Of a stretch of 64,000 bases of DNA, positions 18,425 through 28,968 are shown piece after piece. How positions within the stretch are numbered: the first letter of the stretch is position 1; the number at the start of each line of letters is the position of its first letter. This DNA comes from an uncultured delta proteobacterium (GTDB lineage Bacteria; Desulfobacterota; Desulfomonilia; UBA1062), in contig CAVVYZ010000006.1 of the NCBI GenBank assembly GCA_963752595.1, positions 11,756 to 75,755 of the forward strand, written 5' to 3'. The notes below the pieces were generated by a model that saw only the letters and a list, made by a program, of their open reading frames with translations, searched no databases and was not told where the DNA came from. A program made the position numbers and the translations under genes.

Positions 18425-19732
18425 TTATTGGAGAGGATGCTGGAGAGGGGGAACTGCACCGAAAGCCTGCGTCTCCCGCATCAGGATGTTCTGAATGCAC
18501 ACGGTCAGTGCAGCGAGCATAAACCAGAGCCATATGAAGTACCCATGGGAGAAATTTCCGAGGAACAACCTCAAGACCAGTACAAGCTGAATTGCCTTGA
18601 TGATATTGAAGTAGAATGCATTGTTTTCTTTATATGCATCGAGGTTTTTCTTTATCTCTTTTGTCTTTCTGAAAACGGCATAGATCCAGTAGAACCATGC
18701 AATACTCGCTATCCCGAGCTCGCCCAGCACCTCTCCATACATATTGTGTGCATAAAAACGGTAATGAAAGTACCTGCCCCTGGCTTCTGCGAAGCATCCG
18801 ACGCCGACCCCGATGATCGGCCTTTTTATCATCATCGAGATGCCGTTCACCAGACCCAGGTATCTATCCGAGCTCGACCTGCTTGCATGAACACCTTCCT
18901 TGATCGTCGACATGTGCGAAATATAGTCCGATGCGGCAATGGAAAAAAATATGACGAAGAAGAATCCTGCAATGGCTACTGCCCTCAGCCTGTTCTTAGC
19001 AAAGTATACCATCCCCATGAACACGATTATGAGACCGAGAAACCCTCCTCTGGATTTGGATGCGTACACCCCGAATACGAGGAGAACAAGTACCGCGAAG
19101 GAAATGATTTTCGGCAGCCGCTTTTTCCCTGCCAAGGCGAAGAATACGATAAAAGGTATCGCCTGATTCAGCGTGTTCGCAAGCGCCACATGACCTGCTG
19201 CAGCCCCATACCTGCCATAGGCAACGGAACCGTACCCATGTTCAGAGACAATCCCCGACATGTAATTAGCCACCGGTTCATATGCTATCCACGCCGTAAC
19301 AAGGATAAATACCCACAAGAACTTGGATAAATCTGCAGTGGTAAGCACCGTGGAAACGATCATGAGATACAGTATTGCATGTTTGAGAAGGAAATAGCCT
19401 CCGAAGTCCCAGGAGGTTGAAGGGTCTACGGAAAAAGCCATGGAGATTATCCCAACAACCATGAATATCCAGAAAGCTCCGTTTATGGGGCTGGTGCGAG
19501 GTAATATGTTACCAAGTCCTCTCAGGGAAACAAAGATCCTCAAGAGCACTATGATTGCTACGACCAGCTCAAACCGTATCGCCCCAAGGGCAGGGTACAT
19601 ATCACCCAGTTTTGCGTTCAGGACAATGAAATATGACATCACCCCGTAGACGGGATTCTTTAATGATAATATCAGGAGAAGAATACTCGCGGCCGGAAGG
19701 ATAAACTGAATCGACTCTGCTGAAGGCAGCAC
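18425..19732 (-). CDS. O-antigen ligase/Wzy polymerase family membrane protein
   Basis: Multiple TM segments; SKSRGGFLG, PIIGVGVG, AHNMYGEV.GELG. Confidence 0.88.
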   Translation of the reverse strand: MLPSAESIQFILPAASILLLILSLKNPVYGVMSYFIVLNAKLGDMYPALGAIRFELVVAIIVLLRIFVSLRGLGNILPRTSPINGAFWIFMVVGIISMAFSVDPSTSWDFGGYFLLKHAILYLMIVSTVLTTADLSKFLWVFILVTAWIAYEPVANYMSGIVSEHGYGSVAYGRYGAAAGHVALANTLNQAIPFIVFFALAGKKRLPKIISFAVLVLLVFGVYASKSRGGFLGLIIVFMGMVYFAKNRLRAVAIAGFFFVIFFSIAASDYISHMSTIKEGVHASRSSSDRYLGLVNGISMMIKRPIIGVGVGCFAEARGRYFHYRFYAHNMYGEVLGELGIASIAWFYWIYAVFRKTKEIKKNLDAYKENNAFYFNIIKAIQLVLVLRLFLGNFSHGYFIWLWFMLAALTVCIQNILMRETQAFGAVPPLQHPLQ

Positions 19733-19762
19733 GTTATTAGCCTCCCACCTTGAATCTTTCGG

Positions 19763-21244
19763 TTACCATAATTTTATAAAGCTGACGTCCGGCCTCATGT
19801 ATGTACTGATCATGGCTTTTTCCTCTTGGGTATAAAACTTCATGAAATAGAGAACCATGGGAAAGGAGGCGATTATCAGCAGCTTGACAAATATTCCTGC
19901 ATACAGCGAATTGAGAGCCACCTGCTGGGAAAGCATGTAGATCAGGGCTGCAGCGATTCCGATCTTCCCCATCCGCATGAATTCAAAGTCTATCTTGAAG
20001 AATTTATTGCTGAAGTAATAGGTGAGCACGGTTAGATAGGTATAAGAGATGAGCGTTGCATACGCTGCCCCATATATCCCGTATCGGGGGATGAGCAGAA
20101 AATTCAAAGTCAGGTTCAGAGCCGCGTTTGACGAATTGATGTAGGCAAAATATTTGGTTTTTTTCTCAATGATGATTCCCATGTTGAAATGATAGTTAAA
20201 CGTGAAAATGACGTTTGCGAGAACTATGATCGGGACGACCCTGTATGCCGGCCAGAATTCCTTTTCTGCTATGATCATCAGGACATCCTTGGTGAGCACC
20301 GCAACCCCCAGTGCCGTAAAGGATATGAGCACAAGGAAATAGGTAAATATTTTGCCGAACACTTCTTCTGAATTCTCCTGGTCGTATACCTCAAGTCTCC
20401 TGGGCTGCCATACCTGGTTGAAAGGTTCGGAAACGAATGTCCCCGGAAGGCCTCCGAATCGATATCCAAGTGCATACAACCCGGCATCGGCTATGGAGCA
20501 GTATGCTTTGAGAAAAAACCGGTCCGAGACATGCACGATGAACGATCCCATTTGAGAAGGAACCATGGGGAGGCCGAAATGAAGCATCTCTTTTACGATC
20601 TTGGGAGAGAACCGGAACCCTACTCTGAATAACTGGGGAACGTTGAGGATAAAGAAAATAACGATCGAGGTAATCAAGGTGCTGATGAGAATGCCAAGGA
20701 CACCCATATGCAGGAATATTATGAAATAAACGTTCAGGGCAATGGCCAGAAAGAGCCTGAAGAACGAAAGGAGGATATACTGCAGGGATTTCATGGTAAC
20801 CCTGAGATAGTTCAGGCCGATGCCGTTGAGTGTCTGAAACCACAGGGAGACAAACGCTATCAGAAAAAATATCGAGAGTCCCGAAGAATTAAGGATATAT
20901 TTTGCGAGCACGGGTGCAAAGAGAGATAACAGAGCAACGAGCAACAGACCGACGGCGCCGAGAAAAATATAAGATGAGCTCAACACGAGATTCCGTTCGT
21001 GTTCTTCTTTGTATTCGAAAAAAAACCTGTAGAAAGCCGTGGAAATCGATGCAGCCATGAGAACGCCGATGATATCGGTGCTGATCCCTACGAGTTCCTT
21101 TATCCCATAGTCATGGGTCGTGAGATACTGGGTGTAGATCGGCAGAAGAAGGAAGCCTACGATCTTATTCACACTCGTGCCGATGCCGTATATGATCGAA
21201 TGCCTGGCAAGCAGCTTGGACTCGTTGCTCACACTTATAGCCAT
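19763..21244 (-). CDS. wzx: Wzx polysaccharide flippase
   Basis: HSIIYG, FLLLPIYT.YL...DYG, FGLP, SDRFFL, N.LLIP.YG..GAA.AT. Confidence 0.9.
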   Translation of the reverse strand: MAISVSNESKLLARHSIIYGIGTSVNKIVGFLLLPIYTQYLTTHDYGIKELVGISTDIIGVLMAASISTAFYRFFFEYKEEHERNLVLSSSYIFLGAVGLLLVALLSLFAPVLAKYILNSSGLSIFFLIAFVSLWFQTLNGIGLNYLRVTMKSLQYILLSFFRLFLAIALNVYFIIFLHMGVLGILISTLITSIVIFFILNVPQLFRVGFRFSPKIVKEMLHFGLPMVPSQMGSFIVHVSDRFFLKAYCSIADAGLYALGYRFGGLPGTFVSEPFNQVWQPRRLEVYDQENSEEVFGKIFTYFLVLISFTALGVAVLTKDVLMIIAEKEFWPAYRVVPIIVLANVIFTFNYHFNMGIIIEKKTKYFAYINSSNAALNLTLNFLLIPRYGIYGAAYATLISYTYLTVLTYYFSNKFFKIDFEFMRMGKIGIAAALIYMLSQQVALNSLYAGIFVKLLIIASFPMVLYFMKFYTQEEKAMISTYMRPDVSFIKLW

Positions 21245-21396
21245 GTTAAGAACCTCATTGAAAGAGAGTCCGGTGTATGGTCTTGATCCATACCCCACGG
21301 CTCTCGGATGACGAAAGGGTTGCCGATTGCCTTTCAGGCAAAGAAAATCGACGGTTTAATAAGGAGGGGGATGCTTCTTGTTCCCAGCAGAAGAGA

Positions 21397-22770
21397 TCAA
21401 CTTAGCTGCAGAGCTTCGTTAAATATATTTACAAGGTCAACCACTTGATTCTTTGCATTGAATATTGAGTCATGGAGGTGATTATTGCTCATCTCACCTG
21501 TCGGGACAAGCTTACTCATGGAGTACTCTGCATACGCGGTATCCAGGGCTTTCAGCAATGAATCGTAATCATCTTCCAGGACATGATAATATTTTTTATG
21601 GTTTCTGATGAGATCCAGTGCTTCCCCTTCGGGGATGATGGCTATGATGGGACGCCCGGTTGCTATGTATTCGAAGAATTTCGATGTAACGACGCCCTTG
21701 CTCCTCTCGTCAAATCCGATAACGAGCAGAAGGAGATGGGCGCCTTTCTGCTTCTGTATGATTTCCTCCTGAGGGATATAGCCGTGAATCTTCACGATGT
21801 CTTCGATCCCCAGCTCTTTTGAGATTAATTCCGCCCTGTTGTTCCTCCACCCGTGTATAAGAAACTGTGTTTCACTCCTTACTCCGGTATCCTTTGACTC
21901 CACCCATTTTTTCAAACCCTTCAAGAAAAAATCAGGACGGATCGTCCCGTACATCGACCCGGTATATATGATGGTGAATTTGTCGAAACCGCTTGCCTCG
22001 ACCTTCTCGAACAATTCCGGATCAAAACCGTTCATGATTACGGTGATCTTATGGCTGAAAGCGGGATAGCGTTCTTTTAATTTCCTGGAATAAAGATCGG
22101 ACGCAATGATGACTTTATCCGCATACCGGATAATGATCTTCTCCAGATACTTATTTGATAAATAATGAAAGCGGGACAGGTCCCGCAGGCTGAAATTATC
22201 GCTGATCGGGTCACGGCAATCTGCAATCCAGGGCTTCTTTGAGACAGCGGACAATATCAAGCCTACAAGGTGTTCAGAATGAGGTGGCGATGTCGTATAG
22301 ATGACATCATAATTATCTTTGCACATGAGCTTGATGCCCCTCGCCGTTGCAAAAGGCACCCAGAGAAGCATATGATCGGGGATGGAGAAGATGTTGAGAA
22401 TCAATGAGACAACCACATTCTTCACCTTTTCGGTTACTGCTTCCAGTCCCTCCTTCTTCTGCGGCGGGTTCTGCAGGGCATCTGCATCCTTTGCATCCGA
22501 CTCTCTGATCCGCTTGTATTGTATCTTCCTCCACACATCGATGATGTTGGTCCTGTGTATCTTGATTTCCTCAGGAATTTTTTTCAGCAGACTATAGTCG
22601 TTGAATATCTGACCGTCCCCCTTGATGGTGATGACTTCCGGCAGCCATCCTTTCCCGGGGAGATACTTGCAGAAACGTAAGGTACGGTAGACCCCCACAT
22701 ACGCGATCGGCGGAAATCCATAGGCAATGATCAGTACCTTTTTCAAGTTGCCGGATGATAAATTATTCAT
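21397..22770 (-). CDS. GT4 glycosyltransferase
   Basis: IAY.FPP, TTSPP.S.H, NGFD, YTGSMY, SKFFEYIA.GRPI. Confidence 0.88.
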   Translation of the reverse strand: MNNLSSGNLKKVLIIAYGFPPIAYVGVYRTLRFCKYLPGKGWLPEVITIKGDGQIFNDYSLLKKIPEEIKIHRTNIIDVWRKIQYKRIRESDAKDADALQNPPQKKEGLEAVTEKVKNVVVSLILNIFSIPDHMLLWVPFATARGIKLMCKDNYDVIYTTSPPHSEHLVGLILSAVSKKPWIADCRDPISDNFSLRDLSRFHYLSNKYLEKIIIRYADKVIIASDLYSRKLKERYPAFSHKITVIMNGFDPELFEKVEASGFDKFTIIYTGSMYGTIRPDFFLKGLKKWVESKDTGVRSETQFLIHGWRNNRAELISKELGIEDIVKIHGYIPQEEIIQKQKGAHLLLLVIGFDERSKGVVTSKFFEYIATGRPIIAIIPEGEALDLIRNHKKYYHVLEDDYDSLLKALDTAYAEYSMSKLVPTGEMSNNHLHDSIFNAKNQVVDLVNIFNEALQLS

Positions 22771-23311
22771 AATTGCGTTCTCCTATCTTACGTGCAGGGT
22801 AGCCGGCCAGTATCGTCCCTTCGGGGTATTCCTTCTGCCCGACAACAGAGCTTGCCGAAATAACGCATCTATTCCCGAGCACAACGCCGGGCATGATAAA
22901 CACGTTCGCCCCGATCCAGACATCATCGCCGATGATGACAGGCTTGAACGTGTTCCCCTGTTCACAGACAGGGGTGGCAGGATTTCGGTAATTATGGCTC
23001 TGGCTCCAGATTTTTGCATACGGTCCTATGAGTACATTATTGCCGAAGACAATCCCGCCGCCGGCCTGGATATAATTATAATAGCCTACGTTGACGCCAT
23101 ATCCGCATTCGATCTTCTTCGGATTCAGGATAATGGCACCGGGATAGACATTCAGGTTTTTCCCTGCCTTCAGGAATTTCTTTGCATACCATTTCCTTCT
23201 CAAGAATACTCCCAGCTCTCCGGGTATGTTTCTCAGCAACGCGGAAATATACTCATACCTTCCCCATTGAGACGCCATATCCCAGTAAAAATATCTGATG
23301 GTATCGATCAT
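22763..23311 (-). CDS. Hexapeptide-repeat O-acyltransferase
   Basis: PVIIGDDVWIGANVFIMPGV.LG...VI.A.SVV...G.PAR.I. Confidence 0.92.
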   Translation of the reverse strand: MIDTIRYFYWDMASQWGRYEYISALLRNIPGELGVFLRRKWYAKKFLKAGKNLNVYPGAIILNPKKIECGYGVNVGYYNYIQAGGGIVFGNNVLIGPYAKIWSQSHNYRNPATPVCEQGNTFKPVIIGDDVWIGANVFIMPGVVLGNRCVISASSVVGQKEYPEGTILAGYPARKIGERNYE

Positions 23312-24345
23312 GCTGCTATTTCATCACGTGTTTTTTTTTGAAACCCTCTTTTCTGAATCAATGATTCGATGATTATCTTCTCCAGGTCGAGTGACGCATC
23401 GAGCGGAAGTTCTATATTATAATCATCTTTATATATAAACGTCGGTTTCTCCTTATATGCATAGTGGTGCCACACCGGAGAGTACTCGGTGATCAGGAAT
23501 CCCTTTTCAGAGGGTATGAGATCGAGATTGATCCAGCCGGCAGACAGCTCATGCGCCAGCTTCTCAGATATGGAGATTGCATCATCGGGTATATAGCTCC
23601 ATTGTCCGATGCCTCCGCCGTCGATATTTACCTTCCACTGCTCTTTCGATGCCTGAAACCGCCAATGACCCTCCATCACACGGCCGTTGCCCACCACTGT
23701 CTTCAGATCTCTGTCGGTCTGTATGAATTTCTGGGCAAGCAGCGGGGGAGAAAGAAACGGATACCTCATCTTCCGGGCCTTGATAAGGAGGTAATAGAAT
23801 ATGCGCTGTTTGAATATCTTATAAAAATACTCCAATGCCCCGCGGTGGTAAAAATCGAATTGGGATATCCGGTAATATGATTCGAGCTCGCGCCTGGTGT
23901 GAATGAGGAATACCGTCCCGCCTCCCGCTCCATAGCGGTTCTTCAGCACCATCGGGTATCCGAGCTTTTCATGGGCCTCGTCTATGCACCCTTCGGACAG
24001 GAGAGGTATGGTCTGGGGAATCGGGAATGCATGGGTCTTGAGGAAGAGAAACTGCCGGTACTTGTCATTGTAATAATAAGTGATAGCCGGATCGGGATAT
24101 GTCAATAGATCGGGGTGATTCCGGTGGATAAGGTCCAGATTGTCAGAGACCTTATACAGCGCAAGGGGATAGTTGGAGGAAAACTCGAAGCTCGGATAAT
24201 AAATCAGAAAATCGACGTTGCTGTAATCGAAATCAATCCACTCCTGCCGGGCAAAGTGCAATGGGATGCACTCGATATTATAACTTCCCAGCTTGCTCTG
24301 AAACGCATCGAACCTTTCATCGGACTTGATCAACACGGCTTTCAT
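23308..24345 (-). CDS. ATP-grasp (RimK-like) ligase
   Basis: NDK, IP.T, GYPMVLK..YGAGG..V, QKFI...DLK, WKVN...GG, NLDLI, TEYSP. Confidence 0.8.
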   Translation of the reverse strand: MKAVLIKSDERFDAFQSKLGSYNIECIPLHFARQEWIDFDYSNVDFLIYYPSFEFSSNYPLALYKVSDNLDLIHRNHPDLLTYPDPAITYYYNDKYRQFLFLKTHAFPIPQTIPLLSEGCIDEAHEKLGYPMVLKNRYGAGGGTVFLIHTRRELESYYRISQFDFYHRGALEYFYKIFKQRIFYYLLIKARKMRYPFLSPPLLAQKFIQTDRDLKTVVGNGRVMEGHWRFQASKEQWKVNIDGGGIGQWSYIPDDAISISEKLAHELSAGWINLDLIPSEKGFLITEYSPVWHHYAYKEKPTFIYKDDYNIELPLDASLDLEKIIIESLIQKRGFQKKTRDEIAA

Positions 24346-24364
24346 ACGGCTCCTGACTGATTAT

Positions 24365-25507
24365 TTATTCCCGTACCGGTTTCCATGAAATTACCTTCCT
24401 GCCTCTCATATAATCCAGCGCACCAAGTACTGCCGCAAGGTTTACGAGTATGAAGTAATAAGGGACGGTAAACAGTTTGCGGGGCCTTCCCATTGCCCTG
24501 AGACCATAGAAGGAAAGGCCTAAAATCAGCATCAGAGCACCGAATGCCAGGAAGAAAAACCGCCTGGTGATGAGGAGCAGAGAAGACAGAAGCATCCCGA
24601 TGTAATAAAAGCCCACAAGCCACCGTAAAACCTTGTGTGATACTATTTGCCATGCAAGGAGAGGCCTGGAGGCAGGATTGATCAGCTCGGGATACCTTGA
24701 CAGACCGGTAAAACCACGGGTTACGATTCTCCTTCGTGTCTTCAATTCATCGAACGGCCGCGTGGTTGCCTCTTCATAGGTTATTGCTTCCGGCTCGTAC
24801 ACCACACAATGTCCGCCTTTTATTACGAGAAGCGGGGATATGAAATCACTCATCATATCCTCATCCAGGGTGTTATACAGCTCTTTGCGGATCGCATAGA
24901 GCGGACCGTCAACACCCACGAGCGATCCCAGCGAGCTCTCCGCCTTCTTGAGAATCTGCTCATATTTCCAATATATGCCCTGGCTTTCAGTGGTAAGGTT
25001 GTCCTTTGACCTGGTAAATACAACCCTTCCCGCCACGGCTCCGATTCGGCTGTCGGCAAAATTCGATACGAGTTTTTTCAGGCTGTCTTTTTCGCACAGG
25101 GAAGCAGCATCCATGAAAACGATGATCTCGTGGGATGCCTCGCCTACGCAATCATTTTGCACCATGGTTTTGCCGCGGTTCTTGGGAAAGGTTACGAGCT
25201 TCACCCCCTGGGTTTCAAAAGACTGTACGATCTCGTTCGTTCCATCCGTTGAGCCGTCCGAGCCGATGATAACCTCCATGAGCTCCCGCGGATAATCGAG
25301 GGTCAACGTGTTTTCGATCTTCCGGGCTATGCTGAGTTCCTCATTATATGCGGTGATAATGACGGAAACAGGGGGGAGTATTTCATCCTTGATATAATTA
25401 TTGCCGATCTTCCGGGACATTCTCGTGATGAGAACGGGATAAATGAAATACACGTATCCCGTAAGGATTGAGCACAACCAGAAGAATACCATCAAGCCCT
25501 TCGTCAT
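24365..25507 (-). CDS. GT2 glycosyltransferase
   Basis: VSVIITAYNEE, SDGSTD, GK...Q, FMDA, RRRI. Confidence 0.92.
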   Translation of the reverse strand: MTKGLMVFFWLCSILTGYVYFIYPVLITRMSRKIGNNYIKDEILPPVSVIITAYNEELSIARKIENTLTLDYPRELMEVIIGSDGSTDGTNEIVQSFETQGVKLVTFPKNRGKTMVQNDCVGEASHEIIVFMDAASLCEKDSLKKLVSNFADSRIGAVAGRVVFTRSKDNLTTESQGIYWKYEQILKKAESSLGSLVGVDGPLYAIRKELYNTLDEDMMSDFISPLLVIKGGHCVVYEPEAITYEEATTRPFDELKTRRRIVTRGFTGLSRYPELINPASRPLLAWQIVSHKVLRWLVGFYYIGMLLSSLLLITRRFFFLAFGALMLILGLSFYGLRAMGRPRKLFTVPYYFILVNLAAVLGALDYMRGRKVISWKPVRE

Positions 25508-25543
25508 CTTAGCTTCCCACAGGTTTTGTTGATCCCGGGTTTT

Positions 25544-26179
25544 TTAGGAACGGGAGAAATAATTCCGGATCAGCGGCGTGAGCTCACGGCTGAAGCGCTC
25601 GATGCTCTTTTCACAGGATTTAACATCCTTTTTCGTATCTGTTGATACCCGTATCCATACGGTCGACGGGTTCTGGCCCCTCAGGCTTTTGATCATCTGA
25701 TACACCCTGTTGGCACTGTTCCAGGGTATAATCATATCCCCGGTCTGCCACCAGTGGTAGACCAGTTCCTGCCGGTTTTCTTTATGGATTATCAGACGAT
25801 TTATTCTGGCTTCTCCATCGCCGAACTTTCTCACTACGACTTCATCCCTTGCTATTGTCCAGCCCTGCCCCGGATAACAGACCTCTGGTGCATGAACCCG
25901 GTTTGCAGAATCGATATCCTTATAGAAGGCCACATAGAGAGTGACCACGTCTATCCCGTTCCGGTAGGTGCGGAACACAATGTCCCGGGCTCCCATGCCT
26001 GAATTGAGGAGACCCAGGTCCGTGCCGAGGCTCATCCCCTTCCAGTGCCCGATGCTTTCCGGAATCCTGTACGGGTTGATACACTCCGAATGCAGGCTCT
26101 GCTTCATCACACGGGCCGATCCGAATACACTCAGCGCAAAAACCAGGATATATATTGCATTTTTTTCTGCTCTAACCAT
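25544..26179 (-). CDS. epsI: EpsI family exosortase-associated protein
   Basis: P..IG.W.G, R.Y, LYVAFY, HAPEVCYPGQGW, VYHWWQ. Confidence 0.88.
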   Translation of the reverse strand: MVRAEKNAIYILVFALSVFGSARVMKQSLHSECINPYRIPESIGHWKGMSLGTDLGLLNSGMGARDIVFRTYRNGIDVVTLYVAFYKDIDSANRVHAPEVCYPGQGWTIARDEVVVRKFGDGEARINRLIIHKENRQELVYHWWQTGDMIIPWNSANRVYQMIKSLRGQNPSTVWIRVSTDTKKDVKSCEKSIERFSRELTPLIRNYFSRS

Positions 26180-27006
26180 TGAATGACTGCACTCCCCATG
26201 AGTAGACAGATAAATGATAAAGCCAGGGTTGTGATCCCGGCTATGGTGTGCGAGCAGCCCTCTGCCGGATGCGAAGACAGATAATATGCGAGGATCCCGG
26301 TAATGGTGATCCTCAGCACATTCCCGAGTATGGAGACAGGGATGGAAAAGAAAAGCAGGAGCAGTCTCTGCATATTTGAGGAAAACAGAATATATCCCAT
26401 CAGGAAGGCCAGTGCGATAACGGAAATCAGAGACCGGACACCGGAGCAGGCAACGACGACTTTCATGGAATAATTCGGCAGCCTGATAAGATTTCCTTCC
26501 TGCAGAGCTGGTATTTCAAAAAAATGGAGAATATTCACCGAGCATGTTGTCGCAAACAACTTCAAAGGGTTTGTGAGCACTGTGTAAATCTCGGAAGGAA
26601 TCGGAATCATGAAGATCAGGAAAACAATGGGGAATGCAACCACCCTTGTAATGTTCCAGCCGGCAATAAAGAGTATGGAGCCGAATAAGAAGACAATGAT
26701 CGACAACCTCTCGAAAGTGGAAACTTCAGCGCCTACTCCCAGAAGGTAAAGGAGAGCCCATGCGGAAAGGAATACAAGACCCAGACTGCTCGGCTCCACG
26801 CTTTTATTGATAATTTCTCTTCGCTTTCGCCATATGAGGTACAGGGATACGGGCAGGATCAGAAAGCCGTGGCTGTAATCCTCATCCCGGAGCCAAATCC
26901 CCGCGAGTTCGCGCAACGTCGAGCAATACAGGATACAGAAAAGCCCTGACATGATTAAAATATAGAAGAAAGATCTTTGCATGGAAATAAAGCTTTTAGA
27001 CTGCAT
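26131..27006 (-). CDS. Exosortase (EpsH family)
   Basis: W...EDYSHGFLI, FMIPIP, EGN.I.LP; catalytic triad candidates VVACSG, N.LRI, H..AG. Confidence 0.93.
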   Translation of the reverse strand: MQSKSFISMQRSFFYILIMSGLFCILYCSTLRELAGIWLRDEDYSHGFLILPVSLYLIWRKRREIINKSVEPSSLGLVFLSAWALLYLLGVGAEVSTFERLSIIVFLFGSILFIAGWNITRVVAFPIVFLIFMIPIPSEIYTVLTNPLKLFATTCSVNILHFFEIPALQEGNLIRLPNYSMKVVVACSGVRSLISVIALAFLMGYILFSSNMQRLLLLFFSIPVSILGNVLRITITGILAYYLSSHPAEGCSHTIAGITTLALSFICLLMGSAVIQWLEQKKMQYISWFLR

Positions 27007-27266
27007 AGCCTCATGAAAGGGAAATGCGCACGAAACTCCGTCACTGCGGGTGAATAGACACCTTCGCTCCAAAGAAACCGCAGACAAAGCCCCGCATTGG
27101 GCTTTAGTAAGAATAAATAGAGGGGCACTGCCCATTCTCAAGGAAAGATGAGACAGGTTTCTGGCAGGTCTTTGTTTGCTTTTGATAAACTGGAGAAAAA
27201 TGAATATCGCCCGGCCGGTATGCTGTATTACGGGAAGCTTCTCGAGTCTCCGGGTCTTATTGCCGG

Positions 27267-27974
27267 TTACATTCCGAGGTAGGCCTGTTTCACCTTGTCC
27301 GAGTTCAACAGGTTGGCTGCTGTATCTTCCAGCGTAATGGCGCCGCTTTCCATGACGTATCCCCGGTGGGCGATGCGCAGCGCCATATTAGCGTTCTGCT
27401 CCACGAGGAGTATGGTCGTCTTGTTGTACATATTGATTCTTTCTATGGTTGCAAAGATGAGCTGGACAAGCATGGGCGCCAGGCCCAGGGAAGGCTCGTC
27501 CGGAAGCAGGAGCTTTGGCCTGCTCATGAGTCCCCTCGAAATGGCAAGCATCTGCTGCTCTCCGCCGCTCAAGGTGCCTCCCATCTGGTGGCGCCGCTCG
27601 GCAAGCCTGGGGAAGAGAGTGAAGATGTAGTCCATGTCGCTCCTGATCCCATGCCTGTCAGTCCGGAGATATGCCCCCATATCGAGGTTTTCCGTTACCG
27701 ACAGGTCAGTGAATATCCTCCTGCCTTCGGGCACCTGAACGATGCCTAAAGAGAATATTCTGCCCGGGGCCATGGCATTAATAGAGGTGCCTTCGAAAAT
27801 TATCTCCCCATAGCGTGCCTGAACAATACCCGATATGGGCATCAGGCTGGTCGATTTGCCCGCGCCGTTCGCTCCGATGAGCGTGACGATTTCACCCCGG
27901 GAAAGCTCCATGTCGATGCTCTGGAGTGCGTGGATCCCGCCGTAATAGACATGGAGGTTCTTTACCTTAAGCAT
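27267..27974 (-). CDS. livF: Branched-chain amino acid ABC ATPase LivF
   Basis: GANGAGKS, VPEGRRIF, LSGGEQQMLAI, DEPSLGLAP, VEQNA; the Walker B has Pro (LLPDE). Confidence 0.9.
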   Translation of the reverse strand: MLKVKNLHVYYGGIHALQSIDMELSRGEIVTLIGANGAGKSTSLMPISGIVQARYGEIIFEGTSINAMAPGRIFSLGIVQVPEGRRIFTDLSVTENLDMGAYLRTDRHGIRSDMDYIFTLFPRLAERRHQMGGTLSGGEQQMLAISRGLMSRPKLLLPDEPSLGLAPMLVQLIFATIERINMYNKTTILLVEQNANMALRIAHRGYVMESGAITLEDTAANLLNSDKVKQAYLGM

Positions 27975-28430
27975 CGGATGGCTCTCCGAGATAAGCCTTG
28001 ACTACGTTGGGGTTTCCGGCCACCTCACTCGGGGTCCCCTGAGCGATCATCTTCCCGTAATCGAGCACATAGATCCTCTGGGAGATGCTCATTACCAGTT
28101 TCATGTCATGCTCGATGAGCAGGATCGATAAGTTCTCCTCATTCCTGATCCTGGTGATGAGCGCATCGAGCTCCTTGGTTTCCCTTGGGTTCATTCCGGC
28201 GGCAGGTTCGTCAAGAAGGAGAAGAAAAGGCTCGGTTGCCATGGCCCGGGCGATCTCGAGCCTCCGCTGGGCGCCGTAAGGAAGTTCCTGGGCCAGATCG
28301 TTGACATACCCTGCAAGCCCGACTTTATCGAGCATCCGGTAAGAGAAATCCACCATCTCCTGCTCCTCTCTGCGTGTCTTCCCGTCCCGGAAGATCGCAC
28401 CCGGGATGCCTGATTTCGTCCTGCAGTGCC
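27967..28430 (-). pseudogene. livG: livG 3' half only
   Basis: LPYGAQRRLEIARA, LLDEPAAG, IEHDM present; Walker A half is missing. Confidence 0.8.
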
Positions 28431-28968
28431 GGGCCGTGATATGCCGGCAATGCCGCTCGGCCCGGAAGAGAAATCGTTCCAGTTCTCGAGGATCAGCCGT
28501 ATGATCTCCCCGAACCCCAACGTGACGATGGCGAGATAATCGCCGCGCAGCCTGAGCACCGGGAACCCGAGCAGGATGCCGAACACGGCAGCAATCGCTC
28601 CTGCCAGCGGCAGCGCAACCCAGAAGCCCAGGCCGAAATGGTGGTCCAGAGAGCGAAGCAATAAGCACCCACCGCGTAGAAGGCCACATAGCCGAGATTC
28701 AAAGACCGGCCAGGCCCACCACGATGTTCAAGCGGAGCCCCAGCATGACGTACATGAGGGCAGTGATCATGATGGATGTCTGATAGCTGGAGAAGAGAAA
28801 CGGGAAGATCGCGACAAAAGCCCCGAGAGCCGTCAAACAGGGGAGATAGACCCTCCGGTCGGAACGGAGGCGCAGCCCTGCCCTCTTCTGCCGGCCTTCC
28901 GCTTCATCCGAGTGAGCGCCTCTTTCTTTGCGCTCCATGAGGTAGCGCCAGATAAATGAGAGGGAAAA
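28431..28968 (-). pseudogene. livM: livM internal fragment
   Basis: LNIVVGLAGL, LGYVAFYAVGAY, LRLRGDYLAIVTLGFGEI, GP.GI; both ends are missing and there are frameshifts. Confidence 0.8.

Noticed and set aside
18080-19330. 416-aa plus-strand ORF
   Set aside because: Antisense shadow of the wzy-like and capK-like genes; no motifs.
27010-27260. Riboswitch or ops/JUMPstart leader upstream of the exosortase
   Set aside because: Only a small hairpin (AAAGCCC...GGGCTTT); no GGCGGTAG or c-di-GMP riboswitch consensus recognised.
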